Origin: an uncultured bacterium
GTDB lineage: Bacteria; Patescibacteriota; Saccharimonadia; UBA4664
Assembly: GCA_963720265.1 (NCBI GenBank)
Contig: CAVRET010000002.1
Location: 1,006,069 to 1,070,068, forward strand
Direction: 5' to 3'
Length of the DNA stretch: 64,000 nucleotides
Shown: piece after piece, positions 28,498 to 38,074 of the stretch
How positions within the stretch are numbered: the stretch's first letter is position 1
Layout: the number at the start of each line of letters is the position of its first letter
The notes under the pieces: generated by a model
The model's database searches: none
Told to the model about the DNA's origin: nothing
Seen by the model: the letters and a program-made list of their open reading frames with translations, nothing else
Made by a program: the position numbers and the translations under genes

Positions 28498-28671
28498 AGA
28501 TTTATCCAAGTTTGTCGGCTTTGGCTCAAAAATTCGAGGATTTAGGCTTTCACTTTGTGAATGGCGAGGTTCGGTATGATGGCTGAATTCGTGCCAAAGG
28601 AAACCCGCCCCCACGGGTTTCCGGTTGCAGGGGCGGGTGTAGTCATGATCGCAGGCATGCGATCGTGATCA

Positions 28672-29058
28672 TTACTCGAGGGCTGACAGCTGTGCTAGAA
28701 GTTCTGGTGGCAGTTGTGCTTCTGGGGGCGCCCAGTCGACGAAGCCTTTTCGGCTGCGAAAACTGTAGTAGCCGACCCAGCGTCCCAGAAGATGAACAGG
28801 TGAATCAGGTGCGAACGCCAGTTCCACGCCGAGGACCCAAGCGCTGTTCAGCGATGCGGGCCACCGCATGCCGTTCACCAGGAACTTTGCCCCTGACACA
28901 TGCCCGACGCCGTCATCTTCTGAGATGTTGCATCGAAGCGTCAGAGGTTGACCGGTGTCGGCGAATCCGTTTCGCCAACGGAAGGCCGCCCATAGAGCAT
29001 CGGACGGCTGGCCGCGGTATAGGTCGAGGTGAGTGATATCGGGAGCCAAAAGGCTCAC
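28672..29058 (-). CDS. Hypothetical protein
   Basis: AGGAG RBS and GTG start; GC hairpin at about 28603-28639 downstream. Confidence 0.55.
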   Translation of the reverse strand: MSLLAPDITHLDLYRGQPSDALWAAFRWRNGFADTGQPLTLRCNISEDDGVGHVSGAKFLVNGMRWPASLNSAWVLGVELAFAPDSPVHLLGRWVGYYSFRSRKGFVDWAPPEAQLPPELLAQLSALE

Positions 29059-29293
29059 CTCCTAGCAGGAACTACCCGGAAAGACGCCGAGCACGTCACT
29101 CCCTCCACGAGAAAGTAAGCGAAATAATAACATCCAGACTATGAAAAGTCCAGAATATAAATACTAAAAGTTCGACAGGCCTGGAAGGGTTAGAACCCAA
29201 ATTAACAGATTGGAAGCTATGGGAAGTGGATGAAATGCAAAGTAATTAATACATTCTGGAAATACTCCATCTGGAAAAATGTTCCAGAGATAC

Positions 29294-29318
29294 TGGCTGG
29301 GGCGGCAGTTCTGGAACC
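29294..29318 (+). repeat. att-like motif copy I (25-nt, tRNA-Gln spacing)
   Basis: TGGCTGGGG-CGGCA-GTT-CTGGAACC, just upstream of the T4SS cluster. Confidence 0.6.
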
Positions 29319-29434
29319 CAGGTTTTTAGAATGCTGATGGTGGAGCAGTAATTTGTCCATGAAAGCCCTCGTGCTTGGTTTTTGCCTTGCTTGTGCTATT
29401 GTCTTGCCTATTAGCTTCGAGTGAGGACTATCTC

Positions 29435-29776
29435 GTGAAACGAATTCTCAGTCTGCCGTATCTGTCCGTGTTGGCCGCGTTTGCTGCGCCCTTGTTTACG
29501 GCGCACGGGGCGCTTGCGTCGGATGGTAATGTGACACAAGTCGAGACCTTTATCCGCAGTCTGATCAACGTGGTCACGGGGCTAGCCGCCTTAATTGCAG
29601 CCGGCTTCTTTGTGGTAGGAGGGCTTGGTTATATCACGAGTTCCGGCAACCCCGAGCATCTGGAGCGTTCAAAGCGGACGCTACAATATGCAGCCATAGG
29701 CCTTGCCATTACTCTCGGGGCATTTGTTCTTACCGGTATTGTCGCAGGCCTCGCTACAAGCGCGTTCGGAAGCTAG
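29435..29776 (+). CDS. T4SS pilin (TrbC/VirB2-like)
   Basis: GAGGA RBS and GTG start; GGLGYITSSGNPE.LERSK.TL..A.IGL signature. Confidence 0.85.
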   Translation: MKRILSLPYLSVLAAFAAPLFTAHGALASDGNVTQVETFIRSLINVVTGLAALIAAGFFVVGGLGYITSSGNPEHLERSKRTLQYAAIGLAITLGAFVLTGIVAGLATSAFGS

Positions 29777-29781
29777 CTTTT

Positions 29782-31182
29782 ATGGCCTTTTTCGCATCCG
29801 GCCCGGTGCTTGCAAGTATGGCCGGGGCGACACGGGTCATCGGCGCGTATGTAACACCGGTTATGACGGTGCTTGGTGGCTTTGCTGCGGTGGCGGCAGC
29901 GCTGCTTTTGGCTTACGGCGGCATCCGATATATGACGAGTTCCGGCAGCCCGGAGCGGCTTGATGAGGCGAAGCGCGTTATCCGTAATGCCTTAATTGGC
30001 CTCGGAGTTGTGATAGCGGCCGGGACGCTGGTTGCCGTTCTTGCGCACGCCTATGGCAGTCCCGCTGCGAGCGGCGGGGCGAAGCTGCCGGCTCTTGTTT
30101 CGGTGCAACCTGCACCAACTACGAACGGCCTGGTGAATGCCCTGATTGATGCAGTCACGGGGTTGTTTCGCGTTTTGATCGACCAGGCGGCACAGCCGTT
30201 TTTGTCAGCTCTGGCCTACTTCACGGATGGGACGCCGCTCATGGCTTCTAATGGAAGCGTGTTTTCGCTGTGGCTGGCTACGGTTGCCATCGCGGACGGC
30301 TTGTTTGTACTGGTTACGGCGTGCTTGGGATTTCATATCATGAGCTACGAAATGTTTGGGACGACTGAGCTTGAGTTTAAGCACATGCTGCCTCGGCTGG
30401 CCCTCGTATTCGCGGCGGTGAACACATCGATCTTTGCGATTGATGCGGTTATCGGGTTGTCCAACGTTATGATTTCGGCCGTCAGACAAGCTTTTCCAGG
30501 GGTGTCGGTGTGGCAGTCGCTTAGTACGGTTGTGAGCGCAAAAGGTGATGTGAGTCTGGCCGCCCTTTTGATTATGGTGGCGTTTTTGGTGCTTTCCGTC
30601 ATGCTCATGGTGTATTACGTCATGCGGCTCGTAGCACTGTTTATCGGGGCGGTCCTTGCGCCGATTGTTATTTTGCTGTGGCTTGTGCCGGGATTTAAAA
30701 GTTTTGCTGAAGCGGCCGCAAAGGTCTACGCCTCGACCATCTTTGTTTTGTTTGTACACGTCGTAATATTAGAGCTCGCGGCATCATTGTTAAGCGGTAT
30801 GGCGGCAAGTAGTCCAGATCATACCTTAAATCCCCTTATGTCGATGATCGTGGGCGTAGCAACGGTCCTGGCACTACTCAAAACTCAAGGTTTTATGAAC
30901 CAATTGTCGTATGTGAGTCTGGGCCCGCAAACGGCGGCGAAGCTGGGCGGTTTATTTATGAATGCGTTTAGCTACTATGCCGGCAAGTCGGCCGGTGCGA
31001 CTTCTAATCCGGCTTCAGAGCGCACCTCGCGGCGGGGCGTATGGCCGGATTTCGGATTTGAGCCGAGTCCGGCACCGACACTGGCACTGGTACCGGTGCC
31101 GCAGACTACCCGGCCGGGTACGGCACGCAGCGGGCGACCTAGTTCCGGGGGAAACGTACCAGAAGAAGGAGAAACAGCGTGA
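29782..31182 (+). CDS. Pilin-domain / VirB6(TrbL)-like inner-membrane fusion protein
   Basis: N-terminal pilin motif GGIRYMTSSGSPERLDEAK, then a multi-TM VirB6-like region (R..AL...AVLAP). Confidence 0.75.
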   Translation: MAFFASGPVLASMAGATRVIGAYVTPVMTVLGGFAAVAAALLLAYGGIRYMTSSGSPERLDEAKRVIRNALIGLGVVIAAGTLVAVLAHAYGSPAASGGAKLPALVSVQPAPTTNGLVNALIDAVTGLFRVLIDQAAQPFLSALAYFTDGTPLMASNGSVFSLWLATVAIADGLFVLVTACLGFHIMSYEMFGTTELEFKHMLPRLALVFAAVNTSIFAIDAVIGLSNVMISAVRQAFPGVSVWQSLSTVVSAKGDVSLAALLIMVAFLVLSVMLMVYYVMRLVALFIGAVLAPIVILLWLVPGFKSFAEAAAKVYASTIFVLFVHVVILELAASLLSGMAASSPDHTLNPLMSMIVGVATVLALLKTQGFMNQLSYVSLGPQTAAKLGGLFMNAFSYYAGKSAGATSNPASERTSRRGVWPDFGFEPSPAPTLALVPVPQTTRPGTARSGRPSSGGNVPEEGETA

Positions 31183-31658
31183 GATCGTCGATTGTTCCGG
31201 CCCAGATTACCACGGTTGAAGATAAGGTGGCGGGGGCTTTAAGCTTTTCGCAGCTGGGACTCCTTGGTGCTCCAGTATTTCTGGCCGGTGTCATGTATGC
31301 CTTGCTGCCACCATTTTTCGCCGCGTCACCATATAAGCTGGCCGGTTTTTTCGCTGCTGCCGTTATATGCGGTGTGCTTGCGATCCGGGTGCGCGGACAA
31401 CTTGTGCTTACGCAAGCCGTCCGATTTGGGCGGTATAGTCTCAGGCCGCGTTTTGTCTTGTATGACAAGAACGACCTGTATCTCAGGCCCGAGCCGGTAC
31501 CGGATGCGCGCCCAGAAGTTACCCAGTGGTTATCCGAAGCGGATGAAGAGCATGCGGCTGCTCAGCGTCAAGCGGTCGTGTTCTATGAGCGGCCGACTCG
31601 CGGCCGCACTGACCACATCAGTCAAGGAGGACGGCGTGTCCGCACTACCCAAAAATAA
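31179..31658 (+). CDS. PrgI family (VirB3-like) protein
   Basis: VPAQITTVEDKVAGALSFSQL followed by two TM helices. Confidence 0.8.
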   Translation: MRSSIVPAQITTVEDKVAGALSFSQLGLLGAPVFLAGVMYALLPPFFAASPYKLAGFFAAAVICGVLAIRVRGQLVLTQAVRFGRYSLRPRFVLYDKNDLYLRPEPVPDARPEVTQWLSEADEEHAAAQRQAVVFYERPTRGRTDHISQGGRRVRTTQK

Positions 31659-32244
31659 CCGCTCATCGAGGCGGCAGATCCGGATCCAGGATGTGCGCGA
31701 CGGGATCCTTATGCTGCCGGATAACAACTACCGGGTAATCCTTGCGGCTTCGTCGCTTAACTTTGAACTTAAAAGCGAAGACGAGCAGGACGCTATTATC
31801 GATGCGTTTAAGAGCTTCTTAAACTCGCTGCCGTGCCCGGTGCAGTTGCTCGTACGCACGCGCGAGCTTGATGTTGCCCGGTACCTGGACGGGTTTCGTG
31901 AACTTGAGGGCGCAGAGAGTGAAGGCGTCTACCGGGCGCAGATTGCCGGATACCGGGCGTTCGTACAAAGCCTGGTTTCAAACAACAAGATCCTTGCGCG
32001 GCGGTTTTACGTGGTAGTCGGCCGGACGGCCACCGACAAGGAATCGTTTGAAGCGGCTGGCGAGCAGCTTATAACCGACGCCGATATCGTAGCAAAGGGC
32101 TTAAGCCGGCTAGGCATTCAGACGCACCGCCTGACAAGCCTTGAGGTACTCAATTTGTTTTATAGCTTTTACAGTCCCGATGGCGCCAAGCGACAACCGC
32201 TGACGCCTCTTATCATGCAGACGCTTCGAGATGGGTACTTGTAA
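31636..32244 (+). CDS. VirB4/TraC N-terminal-like T4SS protein
   Basis: AAGGAGG RBS and GTG at 31636; SSLNFELKSEDEQDAII..F..FLNSL..PVQ motif. Confidence 0.8.
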   Translation: MSALPKNNRSSRRQIRIQDVRDGILMLPDNNYRVILAASSLNFELKSEDEQDAIIDAFKSFLNSLPCPVQLLVRTRELDVARYLDGFRELEGAESEGVYRAQIAGYRAFVQSLVSNNKILARRFYVVVGRTATDKESFEAAGEQLITDADIVAKGLSRLGIQTHRLTSLEVLNLFYSFYSPDGAKRQPLTPLIMQTLRDGYL

Positions 32245-32250
32245 GGGGAA

Positions 32251-33990
32251 ATGATGGAACGGTTTTACGAAAGATTTACGTTTAAAAAGAGACCTACTTC
32301 CACCGTAGGGCGCCGGCAGGCGCTCGCTAACGGCGAGCAGGACGTCATGGATATCATCTCCTATGCCGGGATGGAGGAGCGGGCTGGCTATCTTGTCATT
32401 GACGGGCGGTATGTGCGGACGCTGTTTATCTCCGGTTATCCTTATGTCGCGACATCGGGATGGCTTGGTAGTCTCGTCTCGTTTAACCACAACGCCGATA
32501 TCACGTATCACATGACGGCTGTTGCGGCAGCGCAGGCGTTGCCCAAGCTGCACCGCAAAATTACGGAAATGGAATCAACCAGACGGGCCATGATTCGGGC
32601 CGGTAAGATCGTGGGGGCGGAACTAACGGACCCGCTCGAGTCGGCCATGGAACTTAGGGACAAGATTATGCGCGGGCAGGAGAAGTTGTTTCAGGTGTCG
32701 ATTTATGTGGCGCTGTCCGAGGCCAGTTTGTCCGAGCTTGATAGGGTGACGAGACTGCTTGAAACAGAGCTCGGGGCGCGGCTGTTTTACACGAAGGTGG
32801 CGAGGTATCAGCAGGCTGAAGGGCTGCAGTCGGTGCTGCCTAGAAGCGAAAACGTGCTGGCCCAGCGCAGGAATTTGGATAGCTCAACGGCGGCTTTGAC
32901 ATTTCCGCTCGTGTCATCTGAGCTCGTACAGGAATCAGGCATTTTATACGGGGTCAACAAGTCCAACAACTCGCTTGTCATTCTTGATAGGTTTAGTTTG
33001 CACAATGCCAACAGTATTGTATTTGCACAGTCCGGCAGCGGTAAGAGCTACGCCACTAAGGTGGAGATTTTACGGCAGCTTATGCAAGGCGTGCGGGTGA
33101 TCGTGATTGACCCGGAACGGGAATATAAGCTGCTCGCCGATTCGGTCGAAGGATCATATATCAAGCTGTCGGCCAGATCCAGCGCCAAGATTAACCCGTT
33201 TGATCTTGCAACAACTGTCACTTTGGCTGATCATGTGACGGAACACATTCAGGAACTGACTGCAGTCATCTCGCTGATGGCGGACGGTCTTAACGCGCGG
33301 GAGAAAGCCGCGGTGGATAAGGCCTTGGTGCGGGTGTATAAAGCCTGCGGCAAGCTGACTCCCCTGTTGGGTGATTTGTATGACGAGTTTAAGCGGCAGG
33401 GGCAAGAGGCGTTATGCGAGCGGCTCGACAAATACCTTACAGGGTCTTTGGCCGGTATCTTTAATGAGCAAACTAACATCAGCCTCGATAACCGGCTGGT
33501 GGTATTTGATATCAAGGACCTGCCGGAATCAATACGCCAGATCATGATGATGATCGTGGCAAATTTCGTGCAAAACGAGGTTAAAGCCAGACCTGCGAAG
33601 CGGATGCTTGTGATTGATGAGGGCTGGTTGCTTTTGGAACATGAAGAGAGTGCTCGGTTTGTGACGGGTCTTGTCAGGCGCGCCAGGAAGTATTACCTCG
33701 GCGTTTCGATTATTTCGCAGCAGGCCAGCGACTTTTTGCGCAGTGACTGGGGCCGCGCGATTGCTTCTCAAAGTGCGCTTAGGATTTTAATGCGGCAGGA
33801 TACGACAACGATTCGGCAAGTGGCTCACGAGTTTAACTTAAGCGAGTGGGAGCAGAGTTTTCTTTTAACCTGCGAGCGCGGGGATGCGCTTATGATCGCC
33901 GACCAGAACCATGTAGCGGTGAGGGTCGTTGCGTCGGATAAAGAACATCCGCTTATTACGACGAATCCGGCCGAGGTATACCGGCATTGA
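32251..33990 (+). CDS. virB4: VirB4-like T4SS ATPase
   Basis: Walker A AQSGSGKS, IDPEREY, Walker B LVIDEGW and RRARKY motifs. Confidence 0.92.
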   Translation: MMERFYERFTFKKRPTSTVGRRQALANGEQDVMDIISYAGMEERAGYLVIDGRYVRTLFISGYPYVATSGWLGSLVSFNHNADITYHMTAVAAAQALPKLHRKITEMESTRRAMIRAGKIVGAELTDPLESAMELRDKIMRGQEKLFQVSIYVALSEASLSELDRVTRLLETELGARLFYTKVARYQQAEGLQSVLPRSENVLAQRRNLDSSTAALTFPLVSSELVQESGILYGVNKSNNSLVILDRFSLHNANSIVFAQSGSGKSYATKVEILRQLMQGVRVIVIDPEREYKLLADSVEGSYIKLSARSSAKINPFDLATTVTLADHVTEHIQELTAVISLMADGLNAREKAAVDKALVRVYKACGKLTPLLGDLYDEFKRQGQEALCERLDKYLTGSLAGIFNEQTNISLDNRLVVFDIKDLPESIRQIMMMIVANFVQNEVKARPAKRMLVIDEGWLLLEHEESARFVTGLVRRARKYYLGVSIISQQASDFLRSDWGRAIASQSALRILMRQDTTTIRQVAHEFNLSEWEQSFLLTCERGDALMIADQNHVAVRVVASDKEHPLITTNPAEVYRH

Positions 33991-34480
33991 CGCCCAAGTC
34001 ATCATTGCCGCGGTCTCATTTAAACGCGAGATCCGGGTTGTTCTCATAACGCTTGGCGTACTGATGGCACTTCCTATTATTGTGCTTTCAGCCGCGACCA
34101 ATATTGTGGCGCTGGCAAGCCCAGGTGTTAGTTTGTATACGGGACCGGTATCCACGACCGACACCTATGCGTTCGGCAACTGCACATACTGGGTGGCATT
34201 GAGGCGCGAGCAGACCGGGCATCCGATTCCAAATACCTGGGGTAATGCCAACACCTGGGCGATTCGGGCTCAAGCAGACGGATACACGGTAGATCATACG
34301 CCTTCTATGGGTGCGATTATGCAAACCACGGCTGGACAGTTCGGGCACGTGGCCTTTGTTGAAAGCGTGGGTGCAGACGGCAGCTGGACGATTTCAGAAA
34401 TGAATTATGACGGGTGGGACGAGGTGGACAGCCGGACGCTTACAGCAGTCGCAGCTTCCCAGTTTTCTTTTATCCACTAA
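33929..34480 (+). CDS. CHAP-domain peptidoglycan hydrolase (VirB1 analogue)
   Basis: YAFGNCTYW, WGNANTW, GHVAFVE and ISEMN motifs; N-terminal TM. Confidence 0.9.
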   Translation: MRRIKNIRLLRRIRPRYTGIDAQVIIAAVSFKREIRVVLITLGVLMALPIIVLSAATNIVALASPGVSLYTGPVSTTDTYAFGNCTYWVALRREQTGHPIPNTWGNANTWAIRAQADGYTVDHTPSMGAIMQTTAGQFGHVAFVESVGADGSWTISEMNYDGWDEVDSRTLTAVAASQFSFIH

Positions 34481-34674
34481 GGTGCGAAGCGTTTTTGGCG
34501 TGTACGCGTGCGAGTCGGGAGATGGAGTTTGTACTGATCAATAGCCAACTTTAAGTTGACTCAATTTGGCTAACAGGTTGTAATCGGCTATTTGTGCACG
34601 TAAACTGATTTGGTGCAGCTTACAAGGGGCTGCATGCGCTAGCCACACTCAGGCATAACGAACGGAAGACAGGT

Positions 34675-35439
34675 ATGCGCGACCGCGATAGTCATCTGAT
34701 GTCTATTTGCACGCCGATATATGATCCCGATCCGCAGTTTCTTAGGGAAAGCCTCGCATCGATCCAGACACAAGAGCTCCCTGACCTGTGGGCCCTCGAG
34801 TGGCTCCTCGAGGAAGACAGCCCAACCGGACAGCTTAGTCCCTTCCTGCCCACGCTTCCCTGGGTCTTGCCGGAGCTTGGGACGATGCGGAGCATCGCGG
34901 AGGCTCGCAGTAAGGCGCTGCGCCGGTCGCGAGGGATTCTCGCCAAGCACTTCGACTACGACAATGTACTCGGGCCGGGGGCTCTCCGACGGGACATATT
35001 GGCGTTTGAGAAGTACCCCCAGATCGGATGGACAGCGTCATATGCCCTTGATCTCACACCCGATGGCTTGGAAGAGCCGCATATTCCGCCACCCACCGGT
35101 CTGATCCCGCCGGGATTCATCCTCGAATACTGGCTCGAGCATGGCTACCGGTTCCCGATCCACCCGACGACGGCCTGCTACCGGTACGAAGCACTTGCGC
35201 TGCGCGGAGGATGGCCCGCCATTGGACCATCTGATGATACCGGCGCGTTCCTCGCGATTACGACCCTGTTTCCTGGTTATATACACAAGGAAGTGGGACT
35301 ACACTACCGCCGGTGGTCTGGTCAAATCACCCAGTCACCCGCATACACCCGGCCCGGGGAGCTCGAAGAACGTTACGAGTTCCTGGCAGACATGGGTCGC
35401 GCGATGCTTGCGCTTCAGAGCGGCAACCGGCCATGGTAG
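34675..35439 (+). CDS. GT2/GT-A glycosyltransferase, actinobacteria-like
   Basis: ICTP...L.ESLASI..Q, AR..AL....G, DYD, GGWPA and DDTG motifs. Confidence 0.75.
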   Translation: MRDRDSHLMSICTPIYDPDPQFLRESLASIQTQELPDLWALEWLLEEDSPTGQLSPFLPTLPWVLPELGTMRSIAEARSKALRRSRGILAKHFDYDNVLGPGALRRDILAFEKYPQIGWTASYALDLTPDGLEEPHIPPPTGLIPPGFILEYWLEHGYRFPIHPTTACYRYEALALRGGWPAIGPSDDTGAFLAITTLFPGYIHKEVGLHYRRWSGQITQSPAYTRPGELEERYEFLADMGRAMLALQSGNRPW

Positions 35440-35757
35440 CTTAGGGAGACGATACATCGGCCGTAGCTGACACACGAACGGCGCATTCCTGGGCCGCGCC
35501 TGCCGCGCTGACTATGCATCGACTAGCTAGACGGCAGGACGCCCCAAGTCCAGTCCCCGGTCCGGCGCCTTTATGCGGCCGGACCGGGATCGTCCCAAGT
35601 GTTTAAGGGCGAGCTTGAACATTTAGGAAGAGCGGGAGCTGTATCATTTGAACAATTCTCAAGTGTTTAAGCCTAAAAACGCCCATAAAAGCAAGGTGCC
35701 CCGCCGCATAACGCGCGGCGGGGCTGACCTTGATACTTCTAGTTGTGGGCCCAGGGG

Positions 35758-36141
35758 TTAGAGGTGGCCCGTGAGCCGAACGACCTCGTAGATCGTCCAG
35801 GCGTAGGAAGCGGCGAGCACCAGTCCGACCAGGCTCAGCAGCACGTTGCCCGTGAGGGACTTGCGCGGCCTTGTCAGGTTCGAGACGATGTTGGCCGCCA
35901 GGGTACCGATCATCACCAGGCCCGCGAGGGCGCCGATGACCACGTGCACGAGGATGGTCTGTACCGGGCTGGTCGAGTACGGGCCGCTCGAGGACCAGGC
36001 GTAGACCTTGAGCACCGTGCCGATCATGAGGATGCCGAAGGCAATCACGGCCGACAGCGCCGACTGCCTGAGCTCCGCGCCCGAGGGGCGGTTGGACTGG
36101 GCGTGGCGTCCGCGGCGTGCGGTGGGCTGGGTGGCGTTCAT
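35758..36141 (-). CDS. Three-TM membrane protein, very GC-rich
   Basis: AGGAAGG RBS; promoter TTGACA-N17-TATAAT at 36192-36220. Confidence 0.7.
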   Translation of the reverse strand: MNATQPTARRGRHAQSNRPSGAELRQSALSAVIAFGILMIGTVLKVYAWSSSGPYSTSPVQTILVHVVIGALAGLVMIGTLAANIVSNLTRPRKSLTGNVLLSLVGLVLAASYAWTIYEVVRLTGHL

Positions 36142-36483
36142 GGAGGGCCTTCCTGTGGGAGCCAGAACTAGATATCAAGGTTACATATACTATTATAACG
36201 CTTGTGCTTCATTTTGTCAAGGCTTGCGCCCTGAACAACCCTCACTTTCAGGCTAATACATAGAATTTCCCGAGGGCAACTTCTACCAATGTTACCTGAA
36301 GGCTCTTTTCTGCGACTAGTTCCCGGGTCAATGACGTGTACAAATTGGAAGATCGCGAAACAGGGTAGGGCGTAAGGATTACGGGGATATTTATAAAATA
36401 ACAATGGCGGAGGTGGCGGCTGCAGGGCCGAACCGATGTAGTAATGGGTCCGGCCCTGCATGGATTGGAATGGCCGGAGGCGC

Positions 36484-36996
36484 TTAGGCGACCGGGCGCT
36501 CGAAGTACTTGTAGCCCCCACGTTGGATGGTGTAGATCGGGCCTCCTTTGGCTTCAACCCCAAGTAGGTCCCGTAGCGTCGCCAGGCCCGTCCTGATGCC
36601 ATCATTAGGGTTGGGGTGACCAGGCCAGAGGATGCAGGCGATTTCCTCTTTGGTTAGGACGCGGCCGGCGTTGCCGGCCAGAAGCGCCAGGAGCTTGAAC
36701 TGGATGGGCGGGAGGTGTACTGGCTGCCCGTCGAATACGCAGGCGTGTCCTGGGATGTCGAGCGTGAGCCGGTTGGTTTCAATGAGACCCGGGATCTCGG
36801 TCAGGTCGAGCGGGACGACCCCAAATACCTTCAGCAGGCGCCGGCGTATGAGTTCGTCAACGCTTGTTTGCTGTGCGGCTGCTTGCTGAACCAGTGGCGC
36901 TCCGTGCCTCCTTAGAAGTTGAATGAACATGGCTTGGAGTGTCAGCTCGCGGCTCGTTATGTCTTGGGGCTCGGCGGTAAGGGCTGTGGATGCCAT
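36484..36996 (-). CDS. OmpR/PhoB-type winged-helix DNA-binding protein lacking a receiver domain
   Basis: LPPIQFKLLALL..NAGRVLTKEEI...LW...IYTIQRGGY; no CheY-like N-terminus. Confidence 0.8.
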   Translation of the reverse strand: MASTALTAEPQDITSRELTLQAMFIQLLRRHGAPLVQQAAAQQTSVDELIRRRLLKVFGVVPLDLTEIPGLIETNRLTLDIPGHACVFDGQPVHLPPIQFKLLALLAGNAGRVLTKEEIACILWPGHPNPNDGIRTGLATLRDLLGVEAKGGPIYTIQRGGYKYFERPVA

Positions 36997-37141
36997 ACCG
37001 TGTTGTATCCCTTCTAGGGTTGGAACATGGATAAAACGTCCGTTACACACTATATCAGAGTTTTTGTAAAGTTTCTATTCGGATGAGTGACCAAGGTAAT
37101 TATACCTTGACATCAAGTAATATCTGGATTAGTATTAAAGT

Positions 37142-37975
37142 ATGACTATTCGAGATTTTGAACGCGAGTTCCCCGACGACAATGCTTGCTTAGAGTATAT
37201 GTTCAAATTGAAGTTTGCGGATAAGCCTTGCCCGAAGTGTGGTAAGGTTAACGGCTTCTATCGCGTTCGTGCTCGCAAATGCTATGCCTGCTCAGTTTGC
37301 GGCAAGCAAGTTTCCCCAACTGCTGGAACTATCTTTCACAAGTCCGAGACACCGCTTCGGACATGGTTTTACTGCATCTTGCTCATGACCAACGCTAAGA
37401 ACGGTGTAGCGGCCCTGGAGCTGCAACGGCACTTCGGAATGACATATAAGTGCGCGTGGAGAATTGCCCGCCAAATCCGCAAGGTAATGACCGACGAGGG
37501 CGGCGTGTTATCCGGAATTGTCGAGGCTGATGAAACCTACATCGGCGGCAAGCACAAGTTTGACGAGCGTTTTAACTCTAAGACTCCGGTGCTCGGCTTG
37601 GTCGAGCGCGGCGGTTCCGTGAAAGCTAACGCCGTAAACACGGCCAGCGTCAGTAACGCTCGCAATTTCATTAACGCCAACGTAGCGGCCGAAGCCGAGC
37701 TTCATACCGATACCTCACGAATTTACGACCATGTCTCGCGGCTCAGACTGCATCAATCAGTTAACCACGCTGCCCGCGAGTATGCGCGTGGCAATGTCAC
37801 CACAAATACTATTGAGGGTTTTTGGGGTCAGTTGAAGCGCTCTCTGTCGGGGACGTACCATCATGTGAGTCCACAGCATCTACAGCATTACGTTGATGAG
37901 TTCGCGTTTCGCTACTCTCATCGTCACGATGTCCGTCCTCTGTTTTACGCTGTGGTTGATCGGACGCTAGAATAG
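37142..37975 (+). CDS. IS1595 family transposase
   Basis: Zn ribbon (CPKC...CSVC), VEADETYIGG, HTD, TNTIEGFW and YVDEFAFRY motifs. Promoter TTGACA-N17-TAGTAT-N6-ATG starts in the left TIR. Confidence 0.95.
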   Translation: MTIRDFEREFPDDNACLEYMFKLKFADKPCPKCGKVNGFYRVRARKCYACSVCGKQVSPTAGTIFHKSETPLRTWFYCILLMTNAKNGVAALELQRHFGMTYKCAWRIARQIRKVMTDEGGVLSGIVEADETYIGGKHKFDERFNSKTPVLGLVERGGSVKANAVNTASVSNARNFINANVAAEAELHTDTSRIYDHVSRLRLHQSVNHAAREYARGNVTTNTIEGFWGQLKRSLSGTYHHVSPQHLQHYVDEFAFRYSHRHDVRPLFYAVVDRTLE

Positions 37976-38036
37976 CGCGGTCAAGCGTCGTCCGAAAGCG
38001 GCGTTCGTCGATTGGCGCGTCTTTATCGTCATTCAT
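37809..38036 (-). CDS. Small passenger ORF overlapping the transposase 3' end in antisense
   Basis: AAGGAG RBS before MNDDKDAP; most of it is antisense to the transposase. Confidence 0.35.
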   Translation of the reverse strand: MNDDKDAPIDERRFRTTLDRAILASDQPQRKTEDGHRDDESSETRTHQRNAVDAVDSHDGTSPTESASTDPKNPQ

Positions 38037-38074
38037 TGCAAGGCTCCTTGATTCTACAGTGATAATACCAGGCA

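Noticed and set aside
22213-29318. CRISPR array or classical integron attC interpretation of the recurring motif
   Set aside because: Spacing is 0.7-2 kb with genes between copies, the repeats are degenerate and non-palindromic, and there are no RYYYAAC/GTTRRRY boxes, cas genes or intI.
31264-31635. N-terminal extension of the ORF-track call 31264-32244
   Set aside because: It overlaps prgI in another frame; a strong AAGGAGG precedes the GTG at 31636.
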